Under the pieces are notes generated by a model that saw only the letters and a list, made by a program, of their open reading frames with translations, was not told the origin of the DNA and searched no databases. Made by a program: the position numbers and the translations under genes. DNA of 64,000 nucleotides, taken from an uncultured Lentisphaeraceae bacterium. Its GTDB lineage: Bacteria > Verrucomicrobiota > Kiritimatiellia > RFP12 > UBA1067. Location: contig CAYQUI010000003.1 of NCBI GenBank assembly GCA_964420685.1, positions 4,150-68,149 of the forward strand, written 5' to 3'. Of this stretch, positions 27,839 to 37,922 are shown one piece after another. How positions within the stretch are numbered: the first letter of the stretch is position 1; each line of letters begins with the position of its first letter.

Positions 27839-29136
27839 TTGCCTCCTTTCAGACGCTTCTCGACGTCAACCAGCTTGGCCGCCGCCTCCCGATTCCGGTC
27901 GTCGCTTCGATCCGGCACGAGCTCCAGAAGGACGGACAGTTCGCGCTGCGCCGTCTCCCACTGCCGCAGGTTGATCGCGCGGTCGGCGAGGAAGCGCTGG
28001 TTCGCGTAGCGCACGCCCAGCTCGCCCTTCGCCGCCTCAAGCCCCTGCCGCGCCACGACGGCGCACGCCGGCTTCGGATTGACCGTCTCCAGATAGAACA
28101 GCGCCTCCTCGTAGGCCTTCACCGCGCCGAAGAGGTTGCCGTGCTGGACGTCGCGATCCTCCCACTTCGCCTGTCCGAGCGCCACGGCCTCCTCCGCCAG
28201 GGAGACGAGCTTGTCGCGCGAATACTGCAACGCCCAGACGCCCAGCTGGTTTTTCGAGAACGTCTCCAGCTTCTCGCGAATCACGCGGAACGCCTCCGGC
28301 TCCTGCGTGTTGACGATGCGGATGACCTTCGCGTACGTCGCGTAGACGACCCGAAGCGTCCAGCTCTCAAGCGCGGGCGGATCGGGCATGACGCCCTCGT
28401 AGGCGCGGTCAATCCCGCGCAGGGTCTTGTACGCCAGAATCTCGTTCAGTTCGGCCAACGCCACCTCGTCCAGCCGCTGGCTCTTCGTGACGTGTCGGTT
28501 TTCGGCCGGCACGTCATCGACCGTGACCTTGAGGACGCCGGACGACGACAGCGACATCTCGTAGCGGAAGATGCCCGTCGCGTTCGCCTCGACCTTCTCG
28601 TAGAAGACCTCCCGGACGGCGGGCGACTCGTCGGGCACGTCCTCGACGACCGCCTCCTGCTTCGCGGGCGGCGCGACCAACAGGACATAGACCGCCGCCA
28701 CGCCCACCAGGAACCCGAACACCCAAAGGACGTTGGCAAACGGCGAACGGCGGCGACGCGCACCAGGGGCAGACGCCGCCGTCGGCGCGTCCAGCCCCAA
28801 ATCGACCGTGCCGCCCGCCGGAGCCGCACCACCGACCGCGACCACACGGAGAACCGTCGAGCCGACCTCGATGACGTCGCCGACCTTGAGATCCGCTGGC
28901 GCACTGTCGAGGACGCGCCCGTTCAGCGACGTGCCGTTCGCGCTCGCGAGATCCGTCAGGCGGACGTCGCTTTCGCCGACCGCCTCGAAAAGGCAGTGGT
29001 TGCGCGACAGTTCCTCGTCGGGAATGCAGATGTCGTTCGAGGACGAACGCCCCAGCCGAAGCCCGCCCGGCGGGACGGCGAAACGCTTTCCGGCCAGCGC
29101 ACCGCTGGCGATTTCAAGTTCGGGCCTCTGTGCCAT
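27835..29136 (-). CDS. FHA-domain membrane protein
   Basis: N-terminal FHA (…LRLGRSSSNDICIPDEELSRNHCLF…NGTSLNG…), one TM (FANVLWVFGFLVGVAAVYVLL), and a 270-aa periplasmic helical/TPR-like domain. Confidence 0.7.
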   Translation of the reverse strand: MAQRPELEIASGALAGKRFAVPPGGLRLGRSSSNDICIPDEELSRNHCLFEAVGESDVRLTDLASANGTSLNGRVLDSAPADLKVGDVIEVGSTVLRVVAVGGAAPAGGTVDLGLDAPTAASAPGARRRRSPFANVLWVFGFLVGVAAVYVLLVAPPAKQEAVVEDVPDESPAVREVFYEKVEANATGIFRYEMSLSSSGVLKVTVDDVPAENRHVTKSQRLDEVALAELNEILAYKTLRGIDRAYEGVMPDPPALESWTLRVVYATYAKVIRIVNTQEPEAFRVIREKLETFSKNQLGVWALQYSRDKLVSLAEEAVALGQAKWEDRDVQHGNLFGAVKAYEEALFYLETVNPKPACAVVARQGLEAAKGELGVRYANQRFLADRAINLRQWETAQRELSVLLELVPDRSDDRNREAAAKLVDVEKRLKGGK

Positions 29137-29945
29137 CAGAAGAATCCTTTCATTGCCTGGCTCAGGACCGGCCCGAGCAAGATGATGAATACGGCAGGGA
29201 AAATGCAGAGGAGAAGCGGGCCGAGCATCTTCACGGGCGCCTCGGCCGCCTTCTTTTCGGCGCGGTCAAAGCGACGCGCGCGGAGCTGGTCAGACTGAAT
29301 CCGGAGGATCGCGCCGATGGAGACGCCCAGCTCGTCCGCCTGGATAAGCGCAAACGCAAGAGCCCGGAGGTCCGGCTGCCCCACGCGAACGGCCATGTTC
29401 CGAAGGGCCTCCCGGCGCGACGAGCCGACCTGAATCTCCTTCGTCATCCGCAGCAGTTCCTCGTTGAGCGGGTCCGGCCGCCGCAGACGGCAGCCGCGCT
29501 GGAGCGCGCCGATGAAGTCCATGCCCGCCTCGACCGAGAGCGTCAGCAGGTCAAGGGCGAACGGTAACGCCCGCTGGATCGAGAGGTGACGCCGCCGTCG
29601 CACGCCATAGAGCCAGAGGTCGGGGACGACCCAGCCGAGCATCAACTGCAGGGCGACGAACTCGCGGCCGGACAGAAGCCCCTCAAACCCCGCCTGCACA
29701 AGGAGCGTGTCGGCGCGCGCGACCGACGCGGCGAACAGCGGACGCCCGATAATCCCAAAGAAATTCGGCGTCAGCGGCAAAAGCGCACGGAAAACGAGCG
29801 GAATCGACCGCTCCTGACGACGCCCGTCCGCCAGCGTGACGTACGTCACCTCCCCGGCGATGGACACAAGATACCAGACGAGGCCCGCCGCCGCGAGTGC
29901 CCACGCCGCCATCGTCGCTAGGGAGAGTATGTTCACGCCACTCAT
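29136..29945 (-). CDS. Type II secretion system F-domain protein (TadB/TadC-like, single T2SSF domain)
   Basis: ...LPFALDLLTLSVEAGMDFIGAL...IQADELGVSI...QSDQLRARR...PVKMLGPLL... Start taken at MSGVNIL (29945). The stop overlaps the FHA gene start. Confidence 0.7.
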   Translation of the reverse strand: MSGVNILSLATMAAWALAAAGLVWYLVSIAGEVTYVTLADGRRQERSIPLVFRALLPLTPNFFGIIGRPLFAASVARADTLLVQAGFEGLLSGREFVALQLMLGWVVPDLWLYGVRRRRHLSIQRALPFALDLLTLSVEAGMDFIGALQRGCRLRRPDPLNEELLRMTKEIQVGSSRREALRNMAVRVGQPDLRALAFALIQADELGVSIGAILRIQSDQLRARRFDRAEKKAAEAPVKMLGPLLLCIFPAVFIILLGPVLSQAMKGFF

Positions 29946-30155
29946 CTTGTCCTGTCTCTGAAGCGAGAAGTCTACCACATCGCCCGAACGATTGTCAATG
30001 CCCGCCCACGCGGGTCGGCTTCGCGCACGAACCTTGAGCCGATGCGACAAAAGTTCCTTTGGATCGAACGGGCGGAACAACCGCCTCACAACACCGTGAT
30101 GGCGAGATTCCCTTCGCGGCAAAGCGCGCACGTCCACGTCCGTGCGACCGCTCGC

Positions 30156-31529
30156 TTAGGTCAAGGCGAGGGCAGGCGCGGACGAGGCGGAATCCTCTTC
30201 CGGATCGTTGAGGCAGTTCGCCCGTTCAATGCGTTTGCCCTTTTTGCTTTCTAGGCGCACGTGCAGGTCGATCAGCTTTCGCGCCGAACTGGCGATGGAA
30301 TGCGCGCGCGGAGCGTCCACGAAAATGCCGCACGCCTTCGCGTACGTTTCCTGAAGATGCGCCAGGGCATCGCCAATGTCCTCAAACGTCTTGAGAAAAT
30401 CGTTGGTGCGCTTCAGAAGTTCGCGCGCCGTGTCGACGATCGCCTGTTGGTTGCGCGCCTCCTTCTCGTGCTGCCACGCGAGATACACGAGACGCAGATA
30501 CGCAAGAAGCGTCAGCGGCGTGATTAGGACGACGTTGTTCTGCGCGGCGAACTGCCACAGCGAAGGTTCGGCCTGAAGTGCGGCCATCAGCGGCGCCTCG
30601 TAGGCCACGAACATCGCGGTGATCGGAAGATAGTTCCTGTCCCGATGCTCTTCCGAAAAGACCTTTGGATACTTCTTCTTCGCCAACTGGTCTATTTTCT
30701 GTCGGACGCTTGCCACGTGCGCCGCAAGCTTCTCGGCCTTGGTCTTTTCGTCCGTGGCGGCCATGTACTCCATGTACGCGGTAAGGCTGACCTTGCTGTC
30801 GATGACGAGCCAGCGGTTCTCCGTGTCGCAGACCTGCGCGTCCGGACGATCACTGTCCGTCCCCTTCTGGAGAAAGAAGTTCACGTTCTCCTCCAGTCCC
30901 GCCTGCCGAAGCTTCTCGGCCAGAATCTCCTCGCCCTTTCGTCCCTGATAGCGCGTATTGGACGACAGGGCGTCCGCGACGCCGCTCAGGCCGTCGGCGA
31001 TTTTGCCAATGGCCTCGACGTGTCCGCACATCGCCTTCTCCAGAGAGGCGTTGCCGTCCTGCGTCTTCTGCGTAAGTTCCTGGAGATGGAGCAACTGGTC
31101 GCGCAACGGCTTGACGATCTGTTCCATCTGCGTCTTGTTGAAAAGCGTGAGATCCGCCTGCTGCTCCTTCATCTTGGACGCGGCCAGGTTTCCAAAGTTT
31201 TCGCGCAGGGCCTTGACGGACTCGGCGAACTTCTTCTCCGTTTCGGCGATGAGCCGTTCCGTCGACGCCTCCCTGTCGCGAAGCGCCTTTTGGCACGCCG
31301 CCTCCTTCTCGGCGAGCAGCCTGTCACACGCCCGCGCGCCGTCGGACAGCCGCTCGGCCCACGCCTTTTCGCGCGCGAGAGAAATCGCCCTCTCCTGTTC
31401 AAGTTCGGATTTCAACCGCACGGCTTCGACCGCACCCGCGTCGGAACGCCCCTTTGACTTGATCAGCAGAAACGCCAACGCCAGCGTCGACGCAAGCAAC
31501 GCAACGGACAAGATGCCAAGAACAACCAT
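30156..31529 (-). CDS. rmuC: DNA recombination protein RmuC
   Basis: N-terminal TM, a long coiled coil, and a C-terminal RmuC nuclease-like domain (…NRWLVIDSKVSL…). SD GGGAGGTGAGG. Confidence 0.8.
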   Translation of the reverse strand: MVVLGILSVALLASTLALAFLLIKSKGRSDAGAVEAVRLKSELEQERAISLAREKAWAERLSDGARACDRLLAEKEAACQKALRDREASTERLIAETEKKFAESVKALRENFGNLAASKMKEQQADLTLFNKTQMEQIVKPLRDQLLHLQELTQKTQDGNASLEKAMCGHVEAIGKIADGLSGVADALSSNTRYQGRKGEEILAEKLRQAGLEENVNFFLQKGTDSDRPDAQVCDTENRWLVIDSKVSLTAYMEYMAATDEKTKAEKLAAHVASVRQKIDQLAKKKYPKVFSEEHRDRNYLPITAMFVAYEAPLMAALQAEPSLWQFAAQNNVVLITPLTLLAYLRLVYLAWQHEKEARNQQAIVDTARELLKRTNDFLKTFEDIGDALAHLQETYAKACGIFVDAPRAHSIASSARKLIDLHVRLESKKGKRIERANCLNDPEEDSASSAPALALT

Positions 31530-31589
31530 GTTTCCTCACCTCCCGAGTTTCTCTCGTTTTTCGTTTTCAACCAAATGACGTCCGCACCG

Positions 31590-32471
31590 TCAGCGCGACT
31601 TGGGGCGCGCCGTTGCGCGGGGGGCGCTCCCTGTCTTCTTCGGTTCGGACTTCTTCGCCGCCGGCGCCTCCGACTTCTTCTTCACGGGCTTCGCCGGCGC
31701 ACGCGCCACGGGCTTGGGCGCCGCCTTCTTCGGCGGCGTGATGCGCGGCGTCAGCTTCGGCGCGGGTGAGACGACGGGCGGCGCGCCATAGGCCCGAACC
31801 ATCGTGTCAACGCGCCCGTAGAGGGCTTTCTGGAGATACGGGTCGGCCTGCCGAAGCCGTCCCGCGCGCTGGTCGAGGTCGGACGCGGGGCGCGTCGTGA
31901 GGCCCAGCTGACGACGCACGGACGGCATCGCAAAGAGCATCCCGCACCGCTTCCGCCCCCGATGCTTGTAGCGATGCCACTTGTTCGGCGCGCCATAGGC
32001 GACATGGCTATGGCAGACGACGCGATGATCCGCCAGCCGGTACATGGTCTGCAGCTCCTTCACGAGCGTACGGATCGCGCGAATCTGCACGAGCGGCATG
32101 GCCTTGTCATGGTAGCCGACGCACTCGATGCCGATGGAGAACTTGTCGACGTCCTCCTGCCCGTTCCACATCGAACGGCCCGCGTGGAATGCCTCGCGGT
32201 CACGGTCGACGATGCGGTAGATCGACCCGTCTTCCGTGACGCAGAAATGGCATTCGCCACGGTCGGAAAGCTTGTTGAGGGAACTGCGCGCCGGGGCTTC
32301 GGTCGTGTGCAGGACGATCAGTTCCGTCGACGCGCGAACCCGCCGCTCCGGATTGCGCGGCGAACGATAGCGGTTCGAGGCATCGACGCCAAAGGCGGTC
32401 ATCGCGGAAAGGACAAGTGCGAGAGCCGCCAGGGCCCCTCTCCGCACGTCGCGTCCTTTCCAAAAGGTCAT
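31590..32471 (-). CDS. N-acetylmuramoyl-L-alanine amidase (Amidase_2 / PGRP fold) with Lys/Pro/Ala-rich C-terminal tail
   Basis: LIVLHTTEAP...HAG...SIGIECVGY... zinc amidase motifs. The tail is PKKAAPKPVARAPAKPVKKK. Confidence 0.75.
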   Translation of the reverse strand: MTFWKGRDVRRGALAALALVLSAMTAFGVDASNRYRSPRNPERRVRASTELIVLHTTEAPARSSLNKLSDRGECHFCVTEDGSIYRIVDRDREAFHAGRSMWNGQEDVDKFSIGIECVGYHDKAMPLVQIRAIRTLVKELQTMYRLADHRVVCHSHVAYGAPNKWHRYKHRGRKRCGMLFAMPSVRRQLGLTTRPASDLDQRAGRLRQADPYLQKALYGRVDTMVRAYGAPPVVSPAPKLTPRITPPKKAAPKPVARAPAKPVKKKSEAPAAKKSEPKKTGSAPRATARPKSR

Positions 32472-32515
32472 GCCGCCCCTGTCCTCCGCGCTCGCCCCAC
32501 GCGCGAAGCCCTCGG

Positions 32516-33397
32516 TCAGAAAAGCCCGATCCGCTCGCCGCAGAGGACGCGCGTCTCGAGACCGGCAGCCGAATTCCGGACAAGATCCAAGTCAAACGCC
32601 ACGGCCCCGGCGGACGCGACAAAGACGACCGTGGAGCCGCCGAACTTGAAATACCCCTTTTCATCGCCCTTGGCGTGTTCCGTGCCCGAAAACGTCTGGA
32701 CGATCGTCCCGACGCCGAACGCCCCGACGTCCACCAGCCAGAAGTCGCCGAACGTCGCCCGCCCCTTCAAAATCTGCCGCTCGTTGTCGGCATAGACGTC
32801 AGGATGGCGCAGAAGCGCGATGGGATTCACGGAATGGTACAGCCCCGGCACAACGCGCACCGGATCCGCCGTCCGACAGTCACAGGGAAAATGGAAGCGG
32901 TGATAGTCAACCGGCGCGAGGCGGATGACCGCGATGTCGTAACGGCCCGCTGGCGCGGCATCCTCGAAGACCGTGCGCAAGGAGCGCGTCGCGCCCTTAA
33001 GCGGAAACGGCGAATCGGCATCGGCATTCAAGAAGAGCCGCAAACGGCCGTCCGCCGGGCTGACAAGGCCCTCGCCGACCGGCCGCGCGCCAGGCTTCAG
33101 ACGGCGCGTGAAGAAGTCGTTGAAGGACGCATAGTCCGCAAGCGGCTTTTCGGCCTCCTCCCAGCGACAGCCGGGAATCGCCGCCAAGGCCGCGATGTCC
33201 TTTTTCGAGCGCGGCGAATCGTAGCGGCGGCCCATCCAGTCCGAAACCCGCCGCGAGCCGAAGAGGACGCTCCAAAGCGTCCGCCCCAGCAGCGTCTCAT
33301 AGGCGAAGCGAAGCGCCTTGTCGCCCATCACGGACTCGGCGACCCGACGCCCCGTCGCACGCTCGACATACTCGACCGGAATCCTGCCCATCCGCAA
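32516..33397 (-). CDS. psd: Phosphatidylserine decarboxylase proenzyme
   Basis: GDEKGYFKFGGSTVV shows the self-cleavage GST site. Confidence 0.85.
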   Translation of the reverse strand: MRMGRIPVEYVERATGRRVAESVMGDKALRFAYETLLGRTLWSVLFGSRRVSDWMGRRYDSPRSKKDIAALAAIPGCRWEEAEKPLADYASFNDFFTRRLKPGARPVGEGLVSPADGRLRLFLNADADSPFPLKGATRSLRTVFEDAAPAGRYDIAVIRLAPVDYHRFHFPCDCRTADPVRVVPGLYHSVNPIALLRHPDVYADNERQILKGRATFGDFWLVDVGAFGVGTIVQTFSGTEHAKGDEKGYFKFGGSTVVFVASAGAVAFDLDLVRNSAAGLETRVLCGERIGLF

Positions 33398-33427
33398 TCA
33401 GTTAAAGCCCTTTCTCATTCTTGGCGC

Positions 33428-33457
33428 ATTATACCACATCACGCCGAAGTTCCGCAA
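33428..33457 (-). promoter_or_regulatory. psd promoter (TTGCGG-N18-TGgTATAAT)
   Basis: -35 at 33452-33457 and an extended -10 at 33428-33436 (minus strand). Confidence 0.45.
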
Positions 33458-33491
33458 GCAGTCCGCAGATTGGGGACAGGCCCCACGATTT

Positions 33492-33821
33492 CTACGGCTC
33501 GTCGCCCGGCGATTCGCCCGCAAGCCGCTCCAAAATCCGAACAGCCGCCGCCGTAACGTCATTCGTCCCGACCCGCCAGCGTCCGTCGGCCCCCTGCGTC
33601 GAGACCAGGCGAATCGCCGCATCCGTCGCCGAGAGTCCGTTCGTTGAATAGAGACACGCGAAGTCGACCGCCGCCGCCGAAGACGCATTCGTCGCTGCGA
33701 AGTCCGATGCCCGCGCAAGCGCGTGCCGGACTTCGTTCCAAACGCTTGGCTCCAGCACGTCGGGGCTGACCGTCGGCTGCGCCGTCAGCGTGATGGACAA
33801 AAGAAGGCCCCAGACCGTCAC
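33492..33821 (-). CDS. Small secreted protein with one prenyltransferase/squalene-cyclase-like repeat (hypothetical)
   Basis: Signal peptide MTVWGLLLSITLTA, then ...STQGADGRWRVGTNDVTAAAVRIL... Codon usage matches the genome. ATGA overlap with the upstream EEP gene. Confidence 0.4.
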   Translation of the reverse strand: MTVWGLLLSITLTAQPTVSPDVLEPSVWNEVRHALARASDFAATNASSAAAVDFACLYSTNGLSATDAAIRLVSTQGADGRWRVGTNDVTAAAVRILERLAGESPGDEP

Positions 33822-34819
33822 GGCAGGAGGACGGTCGCCACGACCGGGAAATGGTCGCTCGGATACAGGTTCTTCCCCGGCCGCGCCGCGTCAACCGTCT
33901 CGTAGTCCAAAACGCGAACGCCGCCCGAAACCCAGATGTAGTCGATGCGCGGCCCCGAACACCGTCCGTAGAACGACTGCGCCGGCGATGCCGTCCCGTC
34001 CGCGACCGCCTGAGCGGCCTTGGCCATCTCGTTGTTCGGGATGTTGCGGACATCCATCGGCAACGCGAGAGCCTCCGCCGTCACGACTTCGCGTTCCTTC
34101 CAGCGCCAGCCGTTCCACGTGCGCCACGGGCCGCGCGGCGCCGTCTCCGACACGTACAGCGCATTGCGCAAGAGCGTTCCGACGCTCCGCGCCGGCTTCT
34201 CGACTTCCGTATTGTTGTGATCGCCCGTGAAGACAATCGGCACGCCCTGACCAAACTCCCGCATCCGCTCGACAATCAAGTGCATGCCCTTCTCGCGCGC
34301 CAGTTCCGAGACGTGATCCGTGTGCGTATTGGCGAAGCAGAACCTCTGGCCCGTGCGACGATCGCGCAGCACAAGATACGAACAGACGCGCGGACAAGCC
34401 GTACCCCAACTCCTCGAAGCCGGGACCTCCGGCGTTTCCGACAGCCAGAACGTACCCGACTTCTCCGCCTCAAACCGTTCCTTCCGATAGGCGACCGACG
34501 AGGCCTCGCCCGACTTGCGGTCGACCTCGCGGTGGTCGCCGACAAACGCATACGCGGGCAACTTCTCGCGCAGGTACTGCGCCTGGTCAGGGCAGACCTC
34601 CTGAAGGCCGAACACGTCCAGATCCATCTTCTGAACAAGCGCAACGAGGTCGGCCCTGCGGTTCTCCCAGGCGTTTTCCGACCCCTGCCGGTCTCCCAGC
34701 GAAAAGCGAATGTTGTACGTCCCAACGCGAATCGGCTCTGACGACTGCCGAGCCAACGAACATCCGCCGAGAAGAACACACCCCGCCGCGACAAAAGCCG
34801 CCCTTCGCGACAAAGCCAT
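33818..34819 (-). CDS. Endonuclease/exonuclease/phosphatase (EEP) family lipoprotein
   Basis: Lipobox LLGGCSL; ...GTYNIRF...FGLQEV...NTHTDH...SDHFPV... Start at MALSRRAAF (34819). Confidence 0.7.
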   Translation of the reverse strand: MALSRRAAFVAAGCVLLGGCSLARQSSEPIRVGTYNIRFSLGDRQGSENAWENRRADLVALVQKMDLDVFGLQEVCPDQAQYLREKLPAYAFVGDHREVDRKSGEASSVAYRKERFEAEKSGTFWLSETPEVPASRSWGTACPRVCSYLVLRDRRTGQRFCFANTHTDHVSELAREKGMHLIVERMREFGQGVPIVFTGDHNNTEVEKPARSVGTLLRNALYVSETAPRGPWRTWNGWRWKEREVVTAEALALPMDVRNIPNNEMAKAAQAVADGTASPAQSFYGRCSGPRIDYIWVSGGVRVLDYETVDAARPGKNLYPSDHFPVVATVLLP

Positions 34820-34858
34820 CTCTTGCACTCCTTTCGCGCAGGAACCCTGCGCCTGCAT

Positions 34859-34935
34859 TGGCGGTCCTGGCGGGACTCGAACCCACTACCCGCTGCTTAG
34901 AAGGCAGCTGCTCTGTCCAGATGAGCTACAGGACC
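34859..34935 (-). tRNA. tRNA-Arg (anticodon TCT)
   Basis: Minus-strand GGTCCTGTAGCTCATCTGGACAGAGCAGCTGCCTTCTAAGCAGCGGGTAGTGGGTTCGAGTCCCGCCAGGACCGCCA. Preceded by TTGACG-N18-TGcTATAAT at 34953-34982. Confidence 0.85.
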
Positions 34936-35014
34936 TCTTCGATTGACGGGGGATTATAGCATTCCGCCGACGGACGCGTCAATCCACCCGCCAGCCGCCG
35001 TTCGCGCACTCGCC

Positions 35015-36706
35015 TTAGGTGTAGCGCAGGACTTCGTCAACCGTCGTGTAGCCGTCGAGAATCGAGCGAATGCCGTCCTCGCGCATCGTGCGCATGCCCA
35101 GCTCGCGAGCCTTCTCGCGGATGATCAGGGTCGGGGCCTTGTTGTTCACGAGTTCGCGGAGCGGATTCGACATCCGCAGGTACTCGAAGACGCCCTTGCG
35201 GCCCTTGTAGCCCGTGCCGTTGCACGTCTTGCAGCCCTTGCCGTAGTAGAACGGCCGCCCGCCGATCTGGTCGCGCGTCATCTCGATGCGCTCGAGCGTG
35301 TCGTCGTCCGGCTCGTACGGCTGCTTGCACTCCTTGCAGCACGTGCGGACGAGTCGCTGGCCGAGCACGCCCTCCAGCGTCGAGGACAGGAGATAGGGCG
35401 CGACGTTCATGTCCACGAGTCGCATCACCGCGCCCGCCGCGTCGTTCGTGTGCAGCGTCGAAAAGACGAAGTGGCCCGTAAGCGCCGCCTGAACGGCGAT
35501 TTCGGCCGTCTCAAGGTCGCGGATTTCGCCAATCATCATCACGTCCGGGTCCTGACGGAGGAACGCGCGCAGCACCTTCGCGAACGTATTGCCCGCGCGC
35601 GCGTCAATCGGCACCTGCACAATGCCATCCACGTTGTACTCGACCGGCTCCTCGGCCGTCAGGAGCTTCGTGTCGATCTGGTTGATGCGACGGAGGACGG
35701 AGTAGAGCGTCGTCGTCTTGCCCGAACCCGTCGGGCCGGTCACGATGAAGATGCCGTTCGGCTTCTCGATGTCCATCGTGATCTGCTCATAGACGTCTTC
35801 GGGAAGGCCGACGTTCTCAAGGTCGAGCGACGTCGTCGTCTGGTCGAGGATTCGCATGACGACCGACTCGCCGTGCGCCGTCGGCAGGCACGAGACGCGG
35901 AGGTCGACCGGACGGCCCGCGACCGTGAGCGCAATGCGGCCGTCCTGCGGCACGCGGCGCTCGGCGATGTTGAGACCCGCGAGAATCTTCACGCGCGAGA
36001 TGATCGCCGGGGCCATCTTCACGTCCGGCGCCTTCATCGCGTAGAGCGCGCCGTCGACGCGGTAGCGAATCTTGAAGTCGTCCTCGAACGGCTCGATGTG
36101 GATGTCGGCGGCGTGGTCAACGACGCCCTGATAGAGGACGAGGTTCACGAACTTGATGATCGCGTTCGAGTTCGCCGCCGACTCCATCGAGGCGATGTCG
36201 TTCGCATTCGCGCCCGCCGCCAGCGCCTCGTCGTCGCTCATGCCCTCGCCGAGCGACTTGATCATGTCGGCCACCGAGGCATTCGCGTCGCCGTAGTACT
36301 GGGCGATGCGATCCATCACGTCCTTCTCGCGGGCAAAGACGAACCGCACCTCCTTCGAGAGCGTGAAAAGCATCTCGTCGGAAATGCGCGGATCGACAAG
36401 ATCGAACGTCGCAAGCGTCACGGACGTCTCGTCGGCCGCGACGGGGAAGACGTTGTACATGCGGGCCGTCGAAGCGGGAATCGCCTCCGTCACCTCGGTG
36501 TCGATCGTCATCGCGCCCAGGTCGATCGCCTCCGTATCCTGATAGGCGGCCATCGCGGCAAGAAGCGAATCCTCGTCGAGGATGCCCTGGTCGATGACGA
36601 GTTGGCGCGTCGTCTTCGACTCGGTCTTCGCGAGATCCTGGAGATCCTTCGCGCCGGCCTCGTCGATGTACCCGTTCTGAACGAGAAGCTGCAGTATCTG
36701 ATCCAT
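35015..36706 (-). CDS. pilB: GspE/PilB-family secretion ATPase
   Basis: Walker A GPTGSGKTT, Asp/His boxes, and a C-terminal tetra-Cys Zn motif CKECK...CKTCNGTG. Start at MDQILQLL (36706). The ORF-track N-terminus is Arg-rich junk. Confidence 0.85.
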   Translation of the reverse strand: MDQILQLLVQNGYIDEAGAKDLQDLAKTESKTTRQLVIDQGILDEDSLLAAMAAYQDTEAIDLGAMTIDTEVTEAIPASTARMYNVFPVAADETSVTLATFDLVDPRISDEMLFTLSKEVRFVFAREKDVMDRIAQYYGDANASVADMIKSLGEGMSDDEALAAGANANDIASMESAANSNAIIKFVNLVLYQGVVDHAADIHIEPFEDDFKIRYRVDGALYAMKAPDVKMAPAIISRVKILAGLNIAERRVPQDGRIALTVAGRPVDLRVSCLPTAHGESVVMRILDQTTTSLDLENVGLPEDVYEQITMDIEKPNGIFIVTGPTGSGKTTTLYSVLRRINQIDTKLLTAEEPVEYNVDGIVQVPIDARAGNTFAKVLRAFLRQDPDVMMIGEIRDLETAEIAVQAALTGHFVFSTLHTNDAAGAVMRLVDMNVAPYLLSSTLEGVLGQRLVRTCCKECKQPYEPDDDTLERIEMTRDQIGGRPFYYGKGCKTCNGTGYKGRKGVFEYLRMSNPLRELVNNKAPTLIIREKARELGMRTMREDGIRSILDGYTTVDEVLRYT

Positions 36707-36793
36707 CTGTCGTGTCCCGATTGCGTGCCGCCCCGCGTCCCGGCGACACCTGCCGCCAGACCGTCGCAAAAGCGCACTTGCCCGTTTATGTGT

Positions 36794-36822
36794 AGTATAG
36801 CAGACTTCCGCCGACCTTGCAA
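36794..36822 (-). promoter_or_regulatory. pilB promoter (TTGCAA-N17-TGcTATACT)
   Basis: Sits in the divergent intergenic region and leaves a leader of about 85 nt. Confidence 0.4.
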
Positions 36823-36893
36823 AGCGGTCGCGGCCAAAACGCAAAAATTGCCTCGCGAAGTCCGACGCGAAGCCATCGCCTCGCCGCGCGATG

Positions 36894-36902
36894 TGCTATA
36901 AT
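36894..36902 (+). promoter_or_regulatory. Extended -10 (TGcTATAAT) 6 nt upstream of the esterase ATG (leaderless transcript)
   Basis: The sequence TGcTATAAT gtccgc ATG puts the predicted TSS at or next to the A of the start codon (36909). Confidence 0.45.
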
Positions 36903-36908
36903 GTCCGC

Positions 36909-37922
36909 ATGAAAACACACCGCGCGAGAACAATCGTCCTCTGGGGCCTCTCCGCCACGGGGTTGTTGGCCGCCGCGACTGAGACAGAGCAAGAACCGAC
37001 TCGCTATGCCCGCGAGACAAAGGCGTTTCTCGCGGCGCGAGACAAGACCGTCCAGCCTCGGCAGATTGCCGCAATCCGAAAGGCGACAGCCGGCGAGACG
37101 AACGACCTCCAGGCCGTGCGAACGGCTCGGAACGTCCTCGCCCCGCTCCCGACAGGCGTCACGGCCGAGTGGGTCTCGCCGACGATGCGGCTCTACCGTC
37201 CACAGGGCGGACAGGACCTGCCGCTCCTTCTCTACCTTCACGGCGGCGGATGGGTCATCGGCAGCATCGCAAGTTGCTCGGCATTTTGCGGCGCGCTCGC
37301 GCAAAAAGGAATCGCCGTCGCGGCGCTCGACTATCCGCTCGCGCCCGAACATCCGCATCCGGCCGCGCTCAATGCCGTCTGCGCGACCTATCGGGAAATC
37401 GTCACGAATCCGACCCGATTCGGATGCGACCCGACGCGCGTCTCGCTCGGCGGCGATTCGTCCGGCGGCAACCTGGCGCTGACGGCGGCCCTCGCGTTGC
37501 AAAAGGAAGGGCGGACGCCCTGCGCGCTCGTGCCCTTCTATCCCGTGACGGAGGCGCGGGCGGACGGCTCGGCGGCTTGGCGCGACTTTGCCGTCGGCTG
37601 CGGCATGGACGCGGCGTTCATGGATGCCTGCAACGCGGCCTATCTGCAAGGGCAGCCCTGGGACGACCCGCTCGTCTCGCCCGCGTGCGCGGACGACGCC
37701 GCGCTTCGCGCGCTGCCGCCCGTGCATCTCCTCGGCGCTGACCGGGACGTTCTGCGCGACCAGGGCCGCCGCTTCGCCGACCGCCTGAAAACGCTCGGCG
37801 GGCGCGTCCGCTACGAACTGCCCCCCGGCACGACGCATCTCTTCGTCACGGTTCCCGGCCAGCCCGCCGCATTCCACCGCGCCGTTGATTTCGCGGCCGA
37901 AGCCCTCCTGCCGCAGCACTAA
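36909..37922 (+). CDS. Secreted alpha/beta-hydrolase esterase (HSL family)
   Basis: HGGGW oxyanion motif and GDSSGG nucleophile. Signal peptide MKTHRARTIVLWGLSATGLLAAA. Confidence 0.8.
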   Translation: MKTHRARTIVLWGLSATGLLAAATETEQEPTRYARETKAFLAARDKTVQPRQIAAIRKATAGETNDLQAVRTARNVLAPLPTGVTAEWVSPTMRLYRPQGGQDLPLLLYLHGGGWVIGSIASCSAFCGALAQKGIAVAALDYPLAPEHPHPAALNAVCATYREIVTNPTRFGCDPTRVSLGGDSSGGNLALTAALALQKEGRTPCALVPFYPVTEARADGSAAWRDFAVGCGMDAAFMDACNAAYLQGQPWDDPLVSPACADDAALRALPPVHLLGADRDVLRDQGRRFADRLKTLGGRVRYELPPGTTHLFVTVPGQPAAFHRAVDFAAEALLPQH

